In this document: positions 1 to 14,100 of the stretch, piece by piece
Numbering within the stretch: position 1 is the first letter of the stretch
Layout of the letters: each line of letters opens with the position of its first letter
Origin: Pecten maximus
Taxonomy: Eukaryota
Length of the DNA stretch: 64,000 nucleotides
Assembly: GCF_902652985.1 (NCBI RefSeq)
Contig: NC_047020.1
Span: forward strand, 28,768,001-28,832,000
Direction: 5' to 3'
The notes under the pieces: model-generated
Databases searched by the model: none
The model's input: only the letters and a program-made list of their open reading frames with translations
What the model was told of the DNA's origin: nothing
Program-made: the position numbers and the translations under genes

Positions 1-606
1 TTAGTGGAAATTCTACAAAGGATTTTGAACAATATTTTAAAAAGTTTATACCATCGGTCTAATCATAAACAACAAGATAATGTGTTTATTGCGTGAAGTG
101 ATAAGCTGTTTGAAAGATTAGGCCTCAGGAGAGGGAAACGGTGTGTCCGTGGTCTGTTGGAATTACCAACTCAAGAAGGACATTGTCAACCAGGAATCCG
201 CTAAATGTCACGACTGCGCATTCGATGTATTTCATCTTGGCTATAGTCGTGAATTTAATGAGATCCGCCCCCGTATGACAAATATCTGAAAGCAGGCATT
301 TGTAGCTGTATTTTGAATCATATATATGATAAATTACCTAGTATAACTCTTATTATAAGGTATTTTTTAAATTTAATAAGGACCTATAGCATGCGTTTTT
401 TATTTTCTATATCATTCAATATAATATTACAAATATATGTGATCTGACACGCCGTTTGATGATATCAGATTTTTCTTGCTCCTTTTTCAAGTCAATATCT
501 ACTTGTTTTCCGTTAAATAATCTTAATCACCTTTGTAGTAAGTTAGCTTAATGGCCGTGTATTTTCGTTTTGTTAGTTTACATATCATACAATATTTAAA
601 AAAAAA

Positions 607-682
607 AACATTGTTCTTTGGTCAACTCACCTTTGAAATAAAAGTCTAAGAAATTTTGTAAAGTTGACCAAAGAACAATGTT
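607..682. repeat. Perfect 21-bp inverted repeat with 34-nt loop
   Basis: aacattgttctttggtcaact (607-627) is the reverse complement of agttgaccaaagaacaatgtt (662-682). Confidence 0.85.
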
Positions 683-3009
683 CTTTTTAACGTTTTTGAC
701 ATTAAACAAAATAAACCAAACCAAAGATTTCTATTTTTTCTTCTATGTTGCTTACCGTGCTGTGTTCGCTATTAAATGGGACGGTACTAATGACTAATCA
801 TTTCTGTGGATGTATAATAGATTAGAAAAGAAAATTATTGTATTACTATATCCAGAAACTCTGTCTTTATACGTAAATGCTGTTCCATTTTCTCCCGTCA
901 AAATTTTCGTCCTGAAAGAAGAAGGATCGACGTTGGAAAAATGCAGTATCGCTCGGCCAGCAACATCGCTCGGCCAGCAACATCGCTCGGTCAGGAACAA
1001 CTTCCAACTAAAAGTATACGCGGGTGTCATCTTTAATGAAAACCTCAAAAACGACCTTGATATACAATATCTATTTACTTTTCTATAAAGGTTTTATTTA
1101 TACGTAAATACTGTTCCATTACTCCCGTCAAAGTAATCTCTGATAGAGAAAACTTTGCTGTGTGTTTTACATGCTATACTGAGAGCGACCAGACTTATAA
1201 AACATCCCTGTTTAGTGTATCTCTGATGTCTATTATGATTTTAAGCCCCAATATTCTTTTTAAGTAGATCAATACATTGGTATTTACTTATTTCGGTTTC
1301 CCTAGGTTGTATTTTGTACTATTTCAGATAAAAACCTATTCCATTAAGATCTTTACGCAGTTGTAAAAACAAAAAGTCGTATCCTATCGCTGGTTTGTTC
1401 TTTTCCAGTAAGTAAGTTGGTAAGCTTTTCTGTCTGCTACAGGTATTACTCACGGAAATCGATGTAATGTGAACTAGCCCTAGATAGCCAATCAACTGCG
1501 ACAAAAAACGCAGCAAGTAGGAATGTAAATATGCAGAAATGGAAAATTCAAAATATCATACAGCTTAGTGGTAAGGCTGTCTTGGAGGAGTACAGATGGT
1601 AGGAACTTTGGATGCGATAGTTATATTTGAAAAAGCCACTGCGATGGTTCAGTTTGGAGATATCCTGAAATACCGGTACGTGTGAACCCTTTCGCCATTA
1701 AATATTTTACCCTCATTAATTGGAAAATCATTGTATACATTGGTTAAGTTCCTAAGAACGCAAAATATTAACAACCAACATCCATGTCTGTTGGGTTTCC
1801 GTCATCCAATGACTATAGTTAGTCGATGTTTTCCTTTACTTTAATTTGCCGAGGTCTACGCCATCATTGAAGCATACAATAGCTCCAAAACTCGAGTAAC
1901 TTACATATCGATAAAAAAAAACCCAATAATTTCTTTCTAGATAGGAAAGTGTTAGGGGACTGATGTAAATTTGGACACCTCGCTCTGGTACTGGGCAAAA
2001 CCCCACATATGATCATTGTAAATATCAGCGAACCTGTTCAACATCACAATATTTCTGACGCCACGATCGAGAATGTCGCTACCTCAATACTCTAGGGGAT
2101 ACGTTCACTTCCGCTGGCTACGTAACCACTATTGTATCGAGGACGGAATGTCACAGCATGCCAACCGCTTTAAAATTACATCATGATTAAATACAGAAGT
2201 CAAGATATCTGTGACAATCATAAATGTGTAAAGAATATGTTCTTTACAAAAGCACACGATGCTCAAATAAGGATTCTTTGACGCTATCACGTACCAATTT
2301 TAAATTGACATGCACTAATTTGCGCTAATTTTTATATTCCTTAACGAACTTTTGGATCTAAAAGCTTTGGATTTTACTTAACAGCGATAATAAGGAGTTT
2401 TAATGAGATCGAAGAAAGATTTCCCCTGTGGCGTGTCTGCCGGCGTTGATCATGTAAGGATGGCGTTTAATTGTCGGTAAAGTTGCTCCCAACTCTCGCC
2501 TAGTTAATTGTTACATGTGACTATTCCATTTGTAACGACACATGTTCCTTGCGGATAGACAATCGAGTGACAATTATAGGATACTTGATAGATAACAGGC
2601 GACGTTTTACGTCCGACACACGACCCACAGCCTCAGTATGACGTACACCCAGTCCTTGAGTGGAGTGATGAGACTTCAATGATGCAATTAAATGTTGTAC
2701 CATTGTATCAGCGGGGAATCCTTAATTGTTCAATCTAGATTCAATAAAAAAAGTCTATAGAACCTTGTATGTTTCATGGTCGATGTTTTTTTGTGACATA
2801 TTGTTGCCTTTAACGCCATGCGAAATACGTCGCCGCGTGATGAGAGAGCGATCCTTTTAACGAGGTGTCAAACGGAAAAGCAATGTTGTTATTTTTGGGG
2901 ATGGTGTTCCTTCTATCTCCAGATGATAAAAGATAGACTAAGTAACCGTTTACATTTGCGTTCCTTTTAATGGTGAAATCAGACAAAACAATTTGAAAGG
3001 CAGTATACT

Positions 3010-3045
3010 TCAATCAATCAATCAATCAATCAATCAAGCAAGCAA
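3010..3045. repeat. (TCAA)n microsatellite
   Basis: Direct read of tcaa repeats decaying into gcaa. Confidence 0.9.
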
Positions 3046-3879
3046 CCAGAGTCACATGTTAATACAAATCTATATAACATGTATTTGAGACATAAAGCAT
3101 AAAAACTGTATTAACATTCAGCCATTAATGACTTAATGAAACATTCTAGATCGTAAAAATAAGTTCCATTGTCTATACACATCTATATTAAAATATTACA
3201 GGTACATGTATGAAATTGATATATACAAAAATGTACAAGTTATTAAAAGGACATGATTAGTGATATGCAATATACAAACATTCTTTGTCTGCAGAACTTA
3301 ATATACTGTCATAGCTAATATATACTGAGTGTCTGGGCAGCCACTCCCGATAGGTAGTGTGGATCGCCTTTAATTGCTCATTCAATATCACCCAATATGG
3401 TCATGTCTGACCTTTGACCGTAAACCTTGACAGAACTATTTGATATACCAATAATAGGATGTAAATGCGATCTTACACACAAGAATTTTACTACACTGTA
3501 CACATGACCTAATCGATTGATGTAACCCGTCGAAGAAAAGATGTCAGAATAAAGAAAATGAGTTGTTTGTGAAGAGTATTTTGTGGTTCGTTGATGATAA
3601 AGGCTCTGGTGGACAGTTAGAATAGATTGTGTAGGATAACGAGACATGGGTAGTGAGGCTCTGGTGGAGAGTTGAAATAGATTGTGTATGAAAACAGCAA
3701 ATTGAGACTAACAGGCACACAAGGGCAAAAACGTAGGTACAAACATACACACAAGGTCAGAGACATGGATAACGAGGCTCCGGTGGACAGGTGGAATAGA
3801 GTGTGCATTTAGGATAGCGAATTGAGAACAAGAGACACACAAGAGCAGAAAAGAAAACTAGAGACAAACAGAAACATAT

Positions 3880-4480
3880 GGACAAAAAACCTAGGGACAA
3901 AGAGACATAGACAAATACCTAGGGACAAAGAGACATAGACAAACACGTAAGGACAAAGAGACATAGAAAAACACCTAAGGACAAAGAGACACACAAGGAC
4001 AAACATCTTAGGACAAAGAGACATAGACAAACACTTAGGGACAAAGAGACATTGACAAACACCTGAGGACAAAGAGACATAGACAAACACCTAGGGACAA
4101 AGAGACATAGACAAACACCTAAGGACAAAGAGACATAGACAAACACCAATGACAAAGAGACATAGACAAACACCTAAGGACAAAGAGACACACAAGGGCA
4201 AACATATTAGGACAAAGAGACATAGAAGAACACCTAGGGACAAAGAGACATAGACAAACACTTTAGGAAAAAGAAACACACAAGGACAAACACCTAAGGA
4301 CAAAGAGACACACAAGGAAAACATCTTAGGACAAAGAGACATAGACAAACACCTGAGGACAAAGAGACATAGAAGAACACCTAGGGACAAAGAGACATAG
4401 ACAAACACTTTAGGAAAAAGAAACACACAAGGACAAAGAGACACACAAGGAAAACATCTTAGAACAAAGAGACACACATG
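3880..4480. repeat. ~30-bp minisatellite (ctagggacaaagagacatagacaaacac-type), about 20 degenerate copies
   Basis: Tandem units read directly; they explain the repetitive ORFs at 3809-4477. Confidence 0.9.
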
Positions 4481-4541
4481 GACTGGAAACGAAAACAGAC
4501 AAAGAAAATTAAGGACCTAAGGCAGCGGACGGACAAACGTA

Positions 4542-5074
4542 CGAGGGTTGATTGATATGTTGTGAGCTTCGTATTGAAGAAAGTACTCAAGGATGTTGTT
4601 TTTAAGGCCTAATATTGTTTGACAATATAGGATCGTGTGCCCAAGGACTGGTCTCATTTGGTTAGTTTATATCGACGAGGTAGCACTCTAAAGTAAACAA
4701 GACAAGCGGTTTTTTTTTTTTGCAAAATGGACAAAACAGGTTAGAGTTAGGGTTATATTTTGAAAGAGTCTGTCATTGCCATGGCTGCCATTCACGATTG
4801 TGGCTTTAAATTCATTGAGCATCCGCCTTATTCACCTAATCTCGCTCCATCAGACTTTCATCTAGCTATTTCAGGCACCCTAACACTAACATGCAGTGGA
4901 TGACTCTCTGCACAGCCAAGAAAATGAGTTCTATAAAGGTGGCATTGAGGCCCTTAAACACCACTGGCAAAAGTGTGTAGATACTGAAGGGGATTATGTT
5001 GAAAAATAAAACAATATGTCCGGCAAAATTAAAATCCTTCAATATCAGGTTCACAACTTATCAATCAGCACTCG
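4542..5074 (+). mobile_element. Internally deleted mariner (Tc1/mariner) element, non-autonomous
   Basis: Imperfect ~26-bp TIRs (cgagggttgattgatatgttgtgagc / gttcacaacttatcaatcagcactcg) flanked by TA at 4540-41 and 5075-76. Residual transposase C-terminus HPPYSPNLAPSDFHL (~4820-4864) and FYKGGIEALKHHWQKCVDTEGDYVEK* (~4929-5009). Confidence 0.9.
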
Positions 5075-6648
5075 TACATCCAGATACACATACAGACAGA
5101 AAGGGCAGTGAGAGTCGCGAGGGGACAGAAGTGTGGAGAGCTAGTGTAATACAACTGTAAAGTACAGTCTATTGGTCAGATAAACCGTATCTTAAGGAAA
5201 TATAATATATACATGTATGTGCAAAATATGGATCTGCATGGAGACCAATGATATAAAGTCCAAGTGATAGGCCACGCGTTCTGGGAGAGTAAACGTCTTC
5301 TAGTAAACCCAAGTCAAGTCGAGGTTAGGTCTGTCACAACAGAACCAAAACATCTCAACAAACATCAAACATGTCTGACTTCAAAAAATCACAAAATCGA
5401 ATACATTTTAATGGGATGATGGTGTCGGCCATAAAAAATGTCCATGGTTTTCAGCAAACTGTAGCTCTCGAAAACTATTGTTGCCAGTTTCCCCCTCCTT
5501 TTGTCGACATATTTCTCGGAAATCGTGATAATGGAATGGGAGCAAACCATTGCATATCGATTCAACTGTTAACACCGTAGGCTGGGGAAGCACCGATGTT
5601 ATCATCTAGAACTGGAAAGTAATTGGGAAATCGAATTCATCACGCTTATCGCCTAATGCGGTTTTTAACTGCACCTGCTGGTAACATTATAAGGATTCTT
5701 ATGAGGTAAATTAATCCAATATAGGAAGGTATGTAGTCTTATCATCATCCCGTTTTTTTAAGATTGCAATACGGTATAATAATCAGCTAGTATCTTGTCT
5801 TTTGAATTCCCTGGCTACCAAGCAAGCCTAGCTTCTATTGCAAACAGGAGAGGTGATAGTATAACCAGATGAGAATCAATTCATTAGATACTTTACCTGC
5901 AATGGATTTTATTAACCCCGAAAGCGATTTAATGTCGTTTTACAGATGAGATGGAAGATATACGTTTATTTGACTGAAAAAACCCACAAAAAAGCAAACA
6001 AAAAAGCTGTAAGATTTCTTTGAAACTCATTTTACCAGGAGGCGTAAATCATTTTTGACTGAACCTTACTCAATAGATGCAGCATCATAAATTTCTATTT
6101 CTAGACAGTAACATCTCTGATTTCCCTTCCAACGGTCTCAGTTAATTAATGCTCAATCTCCGTTCAGATTTAATAGGTTAATTTTCAGACAATTAAATGG
6201 TAACAAAAACTTAACGTTTAGGTGGAAGGTATATTACAATTTCATACCAGGTAAACAACATTTACCATGCTTCATGAAACCCGATATATAAATTGGTATA
6301 GTGGTTAAGTGATGTCTTAAATCTGATGAGACTACAAAAATGTAAACATTTCAGCAAAACTTTTAAAATTGCAAAATTGTAAAAGAAATATATATTTAAA
6401 GACCTATCAACAATCTTTCAATATTCCATTTCTCTTCACAAAATTAGATATACAGAGGAAAACATATTTACAACAATGTACAAACAAAGCGTTGATGTGG
6501 AGGACGGATCATGAGACTTTTTGAAACATAATTTTTATAAATTTACATAAGTTTCTTTTTGAAATTTTTTGTGTTCATTATTTCTGAAAACTTAATAACA
6601 TTTAGCAATTCGTATATAGATATATTTTTCTTTCTGTATTCAAAAATG

Positions 6649-6817
6649 GGGGCCGCGGTGGCCGATTGGTTAAGGCGTCCCGACACTTTTACACTAGCCC
6701 TTCACCTCTGGGTTGCGAGTTCGAAACCCACGTGGGGCAGTTGCCAGGTACTGACCGTAGGCCGGTGGTTTTTCTCCGGGTACTCCGGCTTTCCTCCATC
6801 TCCAAAACCTGGCACGT
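6649..6817 (+). mobile_element. tRNA-derived SINE with V-domain-like centre, 3'-truncated
   Basis: A box (tggccgattgg) and B box (gttcgaaac); ttctccgggtactccggctttcctcc; highly similar to the full copy at 53681-53894 but lacks its 3' tail. Confidence 0.85.
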
Positions 6818-6873
6818 GGAATTCATCTCCGATTTCATGTCATGCATGTAGTTTGCACTCGTTTTACCGGAAT

Positions 6874-9472
6874 ATGAAAAATATGGAGAAGTGTATTAAC
6901 CTTATTGGGAGATTTTCTTTTCCATTGTGGCTTTGTGAATGTCGATATTTCGGATTAGGCTCATTAGTATGCATTGTGGTTGTCACTACTTCCTAATGTT
7001 ATTGTTAGAATTTAAAACATGACTGGGGGTAATTGTGAGGTAAACATGGCGTAATTGTGTGTTCATTTACGTGGAGTCATTGTCACGCAAACACGACCTA
7101 CTTTTTGTCATCGTAAAATATCTAAAAGGAAAAAAAAGCTGGTTATTTCAATTTTAGATGAATCGTGGAGTTTGACAATAAGCATTCTAAATGTGAAAGT
7201 CTTCTTGTTATAGGAGTTAAGATTGAAGGGAAATAGTTCACCAAGTTTGATAATCCAATGTGAGAAAGGGGTCTAATTATCATAATCATAGGTTGATCAG
7301 AGAAGATTATCAATCTTCATAAACTCATTAATATAGAATATTCTTAATCCATGTTCTAAGGAATTCATATATAAAAGTGTGTCCGGTATCAATAGTATAA
7401 ACACTGTACGTTGGAACACTACATATCCGGCCTCTTGCTACTTCCCCCACAAAATGGGTTTCCCTGTTATTGTGTTATCAAATATCCGAACATCTGCATA
7501 ATCCAACAAATTGCGTGTCTCTCGAGCAGTTCAGATCTACGTCATTCTACTGTAATAGTAAAAAGGCTATACTAGTATTATAGAGACACAGGTTGTGTAA
7601 ACATAACAGAGTGTTAATTAATCTGAATAACTGGCAAGTTATCTTCGTCACAGATTGTATACACGCTGGGGACCAAAATCGTTGGGTAAATGAATGATTT
7701 TTACTTTCCTTATTCCTAGCAATAATATTATCAATGCATTTTTTGTATATTCTAAATAGCCCAAAGTTAAACGACTGCTGCGAAAATAATTAACCAATAT
7801 CGAAGCCTTCTTGAATTTACATAATAGAATTATGGTTTGGTCTGCACGCCTGTATCCGGTGTCGTTTTTGTTTTACCTGGCAGCATGTTACGAAGAAAGG
7901 ACGATACATTCCAACATATAATCAGACATTCAGCCATACCAGTAACCACTACACGGGTCTAATTTCCCCATGCAGTCTATGTGTAACGTAAAGAGCTTCT
8001 GGACGGTAATCTGATCAATGTAACATGATTCCTATATTTTACATGGCTACAGTATAAGACGACATCGCTGATTCAATAACTATTTTATTATACCAAAGGG
8101 TACAGACCAGGCGTCCGCTATATGACAATTGCTTCCGCGACATGGCTTATGAATGACAACAGAAATAGGTAATGACATTGCCAAGGCCGCTAGGTAACTA
8201 GGTAACATATTCTTACCGCTATATGACATTGTCAAGGCCGCTAGGTAACTAGGTAACATATTCTTACCGCTATATGACATTGTCAAGGCCGCTAGGTAAC
8301 TAGGTAACATATTCTTACCGCTATATGACATTGTCAAGGCCGCTAGGTAACTAGGTAACATATTCTTACCGCTATATGGCATTGTCAAGGCCGCTAGGTA
8401 ACTAGGTAACATATTCTTACCGCTATATGACATTGTCAAGGCCGCTAGGTAACTAGGTAACATATTCTTACCGCTATATGACATTGTCAAGGCCGCTAGG
8501 TAACTAGGTAACATATTCTTACCGCTATATGACATTGTCAAGGCCGCTAGGTAACTAGGTAACATATTCTTACCGCTATATGGCATTGTCAAGGCCGCTA
8601 GGTAACTAGGTAACATATCCTTACCGCTATATTTAGTACGCTTAAAATATTGCAAAAAACTATCTTTTATTTAAAACATGATGATGAAACGTGCATTAGT
8701 GAGCAGAACCTAGAAATATAGAAATATAAAATCAAGAAGGCTTCGATATTGGTTAATTATTTTCGCAGCAGTCGTTTAACTTTGGGCTATTTAGAATATA
8801 CAAAAAATGCATTGATAATATTATTGCTAGGAATAAGGAAAGTAAAAATGCAGATGTTCAGATATTTGATAACACAATAACAGGGAAACCCATTTTGTGG
8901 GGGAAGTAGCAAGAGGCCGGATATGTAGTGTTCCAACGTACAGTGTTTATGCTATTGATAACGGACACACTTTTATATATGAATCCCTTAGAACATGGTT
9001 TAAGAATATTCTATATTAATGAGTTTATGAATATTGATAATCTTCTCTGATCAACTTATGATTAGGATAATTAGACCCCTTTCTCACATTGGATTATCAA
9101 ACTTGCTGAACAGTTTCCCTTCAATCTTAACTCCTATAACAAGAAGACTTTCACATTTAGAATGCTCATTGTCAAACTCCACGATTCATCTAAAATTGAA
9201 ATAACCAGCTTTTTTTCCTTTTAGATATTTTACGATGACAAAAAGTAGGTCGTGTTTGCGTGACAATGACTCCACGTAAATGAACACACAATTACGCCAT
9301 GTTTACCCCACAATTACCCCCAGTCATGTTTTAAATTCTAACAATAACATCAGGCAGTAGTGACAACCACAATGCATACTAATGAGCTTAATCCGAAATA
9401 TCGACATTCACAAAGCCACAATGGAAAAGAATATCTCCCAATAAGGTTAATACAATTCTCCATATTCTTCAT
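6874..9472. repeat. Large foldback: ~750-bp inverted arms around a unique spacer and a minisatellite
   Basis: Left arm ~6874-7822 is the reverse complement of right arm ~8724-9472 with scattered substitutions; left-arm segment ~7500-7698 is absent from the right arm. Confidence 0.93.
8172..8631. repeat. 51-bp minisatellite, 9 near-perfect copies
   Basis: Unit ccgctatatgacattgtcaaggccgctaggtaactaggtaacatattctta; gives the 17-aa periodic ORF 8080-8655. Confidence 0.95.
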
Positions 9473-9999
9473 CAAAATGCATTCCTAGAAATACTATATT
9501 GAAATTTTATTGGCATTTTGCATTGATCAAAAACATCTTGTAACAGTTCGCCATAGTAAAAAAAATGTTTATGTGTATAAAACTTATTATTATTCTATGA
9601 TTTCATTTTCGTGTAAATTCAATTATCTTGTGTAGAAATCACTACTAGAAGTTGGACACCCCCTTTCTGTGTTGGGGGAGTTGTAGTTGATTGGTGAATT
9701 TCTGGCCCCAATTTCATCAATATTTCTTGATTAAAGGAAATCCCTCAAGTTATAAAATTCCATAAAAGCATTATTGGATTCAGGAGAAAAGTTTAAGTTA
9801 CGACTGAAAACTTTCTTCAAACTCTGTAATGTTTTCCTATGGGGAATTTCAGTTGAAGTAATTTCCTTCAGATAAGGAAAGTTGATTAAATTGGTGCCTG
9901 TTATTTTGTTTCTCTACCAAGATATACATTTATTGGTTTGGGGTGAGGCCTGCTGTATCACAATGAGCAATCCTATAATAGAGGACCTACAGAATGGAG

Positions 10000-10002
<3 letters not shown>

Positions 10003-10066
<64 letters not shown>
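10003..10066. repeat. (CT)n microsatellite
   Basis: Direct read. Confidence 0.95.
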
Positions 10067-10069
<3 letters not shown>

Positions 10070-10669
10070 TATTTATGAGTGTTGTCCTGCTAGACACTTC
10101 TAATATCCACTCTTCTATTCACTCTTTCTAAGACTTACCCGTTTTCAGGATATGATGTGAGTGTCATGCTACTTAGTCCAGGTTCAGATAGAGAGGATAC
10201 CAGGGTCTGTATATGAGCCGCCGGCTGGCATTTAGGTCCTTAAGGCATAAAAAATCAAAATTGAGTTTTTGGTATTTTCATAATCTAGAGATTATGGCGG
10301 TTAAATTGGTGTAAAAATAGCTTTGGTGTGTCAATAACTGACGATTTGACGCTACATTGAATATATGTCGCATTTGGTATGCTAGATGACGTTGGCGTTA
10401 ATAACGACGTCATTTTACCAGTGCCATTTTTGACGTCATTTTTTGCAACGTCATTTATCACAGACAGTTGCATAATGCTTTGCTGTTACAGGTCTTGAAT
10501 TGAAGACTGTTATTTTGTAATTGTTATTATATCTATAGTCATTTAAAAAGAAAAAAGTCCTTTTCAGTTGTCATGATTCATTTATTTACAAGGATAAAAT
10601 TTGTGATTCACATATCAACTTGAACACAAACATGTATCTTGCAATAAACAGGTAACATCCCTTGTAATT

Positions 10670-10947
10670 ACACACAAAAACAATCAGTCACATCCCTTAC
10701 ACACAAAAACAATCAGTCACATCCCTTACACACAAAAACAATCAGTCACATCCCTTACATACAAAAACAATCAGTCACATCCCTTACATACAAAAACAAT
10801 CAGTCACATCCCTTACATACAAAAACAATCAGTCACATCCCTTACATACAAAAACAATCAGTCACATCCCTTACCTAATACAAAAACAATCAGTCACATC
10901 CCTTACCTAATACAAAAACAATCAGTCACATCCCTTACCTAATACAA
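10670..10947. repeat. 28-31-bp tandem repeat (~9 copies) inside the transposon 3' region
   Basis: Unit acaaaaacaatcagtcacatcccttac(at/ac/ctaat). Confidence 0.92.
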
Positions 10948-11181
10948 ATAACAATCATTTTATATTTTATTTGGTAGAAACAGATTGCAAAGTGAACTCC
11001 AGGACTCCATCAGGATTATATTGTTACAATTAATTACATGTAGTGTAAGAAGATAAAACATTTATTTTGAAATTGTATTTAACTGTATCCTAACAAGCAA
11101 TGCTCATTTCATAATATAAATAAAAGCATGAGTACAGTTTTTAAGTTTTCATCAATAACAATTTTGATCTCAACTTTCAGT

Positions 11182-14100
11182 TCATTCTTCTGTGTGGGTG
11201 GGTCTAGAGGTGGGCTGTGGGACAGTGGGCAGGGGACATAGAAGGTCCTTAGAGGGATCCTTTACAAAAGGCCTGATATTTTTGTACAGGTACCATGCAC
11301 GTTCTGCGGAAAAACCTTTTGCCTCCAGTCTCACTGGCAAACCCTGTGGAATAATCTTTCCCCTCTTCACAAGCCTCACTGGCGTTGTCTCCCCGTCAAC
11401 ACCTTTTTTAACAGTAACCATTCCTGAAAGAAAGAAACAGGAATGGCATGTTGTAATTGAACTTAGTTTTGAAAGGGATACACATAAAAATCAAAAAGAA
11501 CCTGTACAAAACCATTTTATTTTTAAATCGGATAAAAATTCTGCATGCCCCGACATACCAAATACATCATTAGAATCAGACTCATAAATCTAGCGGAATT
11601 ACCCATGGAGGTAATTGATAATGAAAGCGCAGTACATTATATAAATTAAATGGATTGAAATATGTAAATATAGCAGTACATGTACCTGAAGTGGTGGAAG
11701 CAAAGTGAAAGTGATGGTATTTCCCAATACCAGGAACCGCTCTAAATACAGGCTTGAAGAATTGTTTCCAGTCTCTCCAGATCCACGAATTTGGTGACAT
11801 CTCACTGTATAAATCTGCCTGGTTATGTGTGGATGAAGCATGAATTGTCATCTTCAGGTCAGACAAACTATCCACATCATTGCGTCTGATTTTCCTTCGG
11901 GCAATACCAAACATCCCATCCACAAGACAACGGGCATGATATGGCTTCATGAAATGTAGATGGATGTCATCATGATATCCATTTGCCACTCTCCAAGCCA
12001 GATAGCTTGTGACAACCTGAATCATAAAAAAATAAAATTAGGTTCATTGTATAAAGCAGTGTAAGAACCTGTATTATTAAGTTTATTATATTACTGGCCT
12101 GCTTTCTACTAGCATGTCAAAAATAAGACACCTGTATAATAACACTATTGTGACTTCACAATTACAAAATTTTGGAGAGATGAGTGGGTATCAACATTCA
12201 ACAGCTTCAAAAATATGTAACTTATAATGTCATAATGATTATGTAATGCTGAATAATTGTTTCAGTACAAAGAAACATACAGCCTGCTCCTTATATTTGC
12301 ATAACTACCAGTTTTGTGATAAACAGAAACTTACACTGCTGACTTTTTTGAATGAATTCAGTTCAACTTGGCAAATGATCTTAACTGATGTGCCACACTC
12401 CTTTAAGGTGTTTTCTTAACTCAACAACAAATATTCCATACCTGATTCTTATTTTGGCCACCACAATTGTCTGCATTCAAGTACACAGTTTTTTCTCCTT
12501 CCCCATGGTATTCGAAGAAGTGGTGCAACATAGATACAACAGCATTGGCCGAGTGGCTCTGGGCACCATCCAGACCAATGGACTTATCCTCGCCGAACAA
12601 ATACTTTGTTTGCAGGGACCGACCATCATTGCAAATACCAAATAGATTAGCTTTATATGGTGACCTGAAAGAAAAAGCTGTACAATATCAGAGAAGCATA
12701 GTGTTCAAGATCATTTCTTTTAATTTCAATCTGATATTTTTTTATTCTGATATTCAAGATTGAAACTTTACATCTTTAATACATGAATTACATTTTATGA
12801 AATATGATCCAATACTACAGAGATTTAATGGTTTTAAATGTAACCTGTTTTACCTACTGCTTCTCCCTTTTAACAGACTTAAATTGTTTTTTACCTGAAG
12901 TACAAAGCTCCTTCCTGTCTGCAATGACTGGGCAGAAGTACACTTTGAGCATAATCAAATGTGTAGTGGACATCATTTAGGTCCATGGAAGTTGGAGGAA
13001 CAGGAACAGTAGACTTTGGATGACCCTGAAGACCTGCAATAGCAGCATGACATTTTTGTCGATAATGGTCTCTCTCCTTTTGGGCTGATGAAATGTGTTC
13101 TGCAAAGTCTGTGCTAGCCTCCATTTTATCTGCCTCAGTGATGGCCTAGATACAATATATGTACAAAAATCTTATCTTAACATGTCATCAAAATGTTCTA
13201 TATACATTGTACATACAAAATGTATATAATGAACCTATAAAAATGTATAACAAGATGTTTAAAGCAATAAAAGTTTTCTTTGTAATTTTACTAATAAATT
13301 CATACCATTATTGTTATGAATGAATATGAATGTAGAATTATTACAATATCACTATCTGTTTATCTAAAATTAGAACTCAAATATATTAAGATATTTTGGT
13401 TTTAATGTCCATGGATATTAAATTAGACTTGTTTTGATAAGGTTCTTACCTTCTGTATCCGATTCCTAAAGGATTCACATTTGTGACATACATCTGTCTT
13501 GCAGGACATGAACTGGATGTGTGGGAGACACTGGTGCCATATTCTTCTGAAAGTGGTCTCAGATAGGCATCGGTTTTCTGTTTCACTGTTGAAAATAGAT
13601 ATGTCACTAGATCATAAAATTGGAGGGTGACGATTATAAACAATACTAAAACCAAATAATTCAATGTCATTTCCAAAGTTTGAAATATATTATTTTCATT
13701 TTAACAAATAATTTGGACAAATTCTAAGATATCTAGTGATGGAAGATAATTTATTAGCAGCTTGTTTGTGTTGATAATTAAAGCATACATAGTTAAAAAA
13801 ATATTCTTATAGCTAAACCAATTTATAAAGGCATTATTTCAAATGTTTTATGATTATAAATTAAATGTATCTGTAGACAATATTTAATTCATAACAGTGA
13901 AAATTGACACTGGTTTATCATGGATTGCTGTATGAATTGATTACCAAGTACTTTTTTCATTATGAGGATAATACTTACATACATACTTGGCTGTATTTCT
14001 TATGGACAGATAGATAGGTTTCACTTCCAGGTAAATATATTGGTGGAAAGCTGTCCCGTCCACGTGGTGCAGCAGGTTGGGGCAATCCCATCTCATCTGC

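Noticed and set aside
865-1132. ~37-bp direct repeat (865/1096) enclosing three 17-bp units
   Set aside because: Real but too short to assign to any element or function.
3809-4477. Cys/Leu/Val-rich ORFs
   Set aside because: Translations of the 30-bp minisatellite.
6649-6735. tRNA gene
   Set aside because: tRNA-like head runs into a SINE body repeated at 53681-53894; no complete cloverleaf evident.
8080-8655. 191-aa ORF with 17-aa repeats
   Set aside because: By-product of the 51-bp array; non-ATG start and no splice or domain support.
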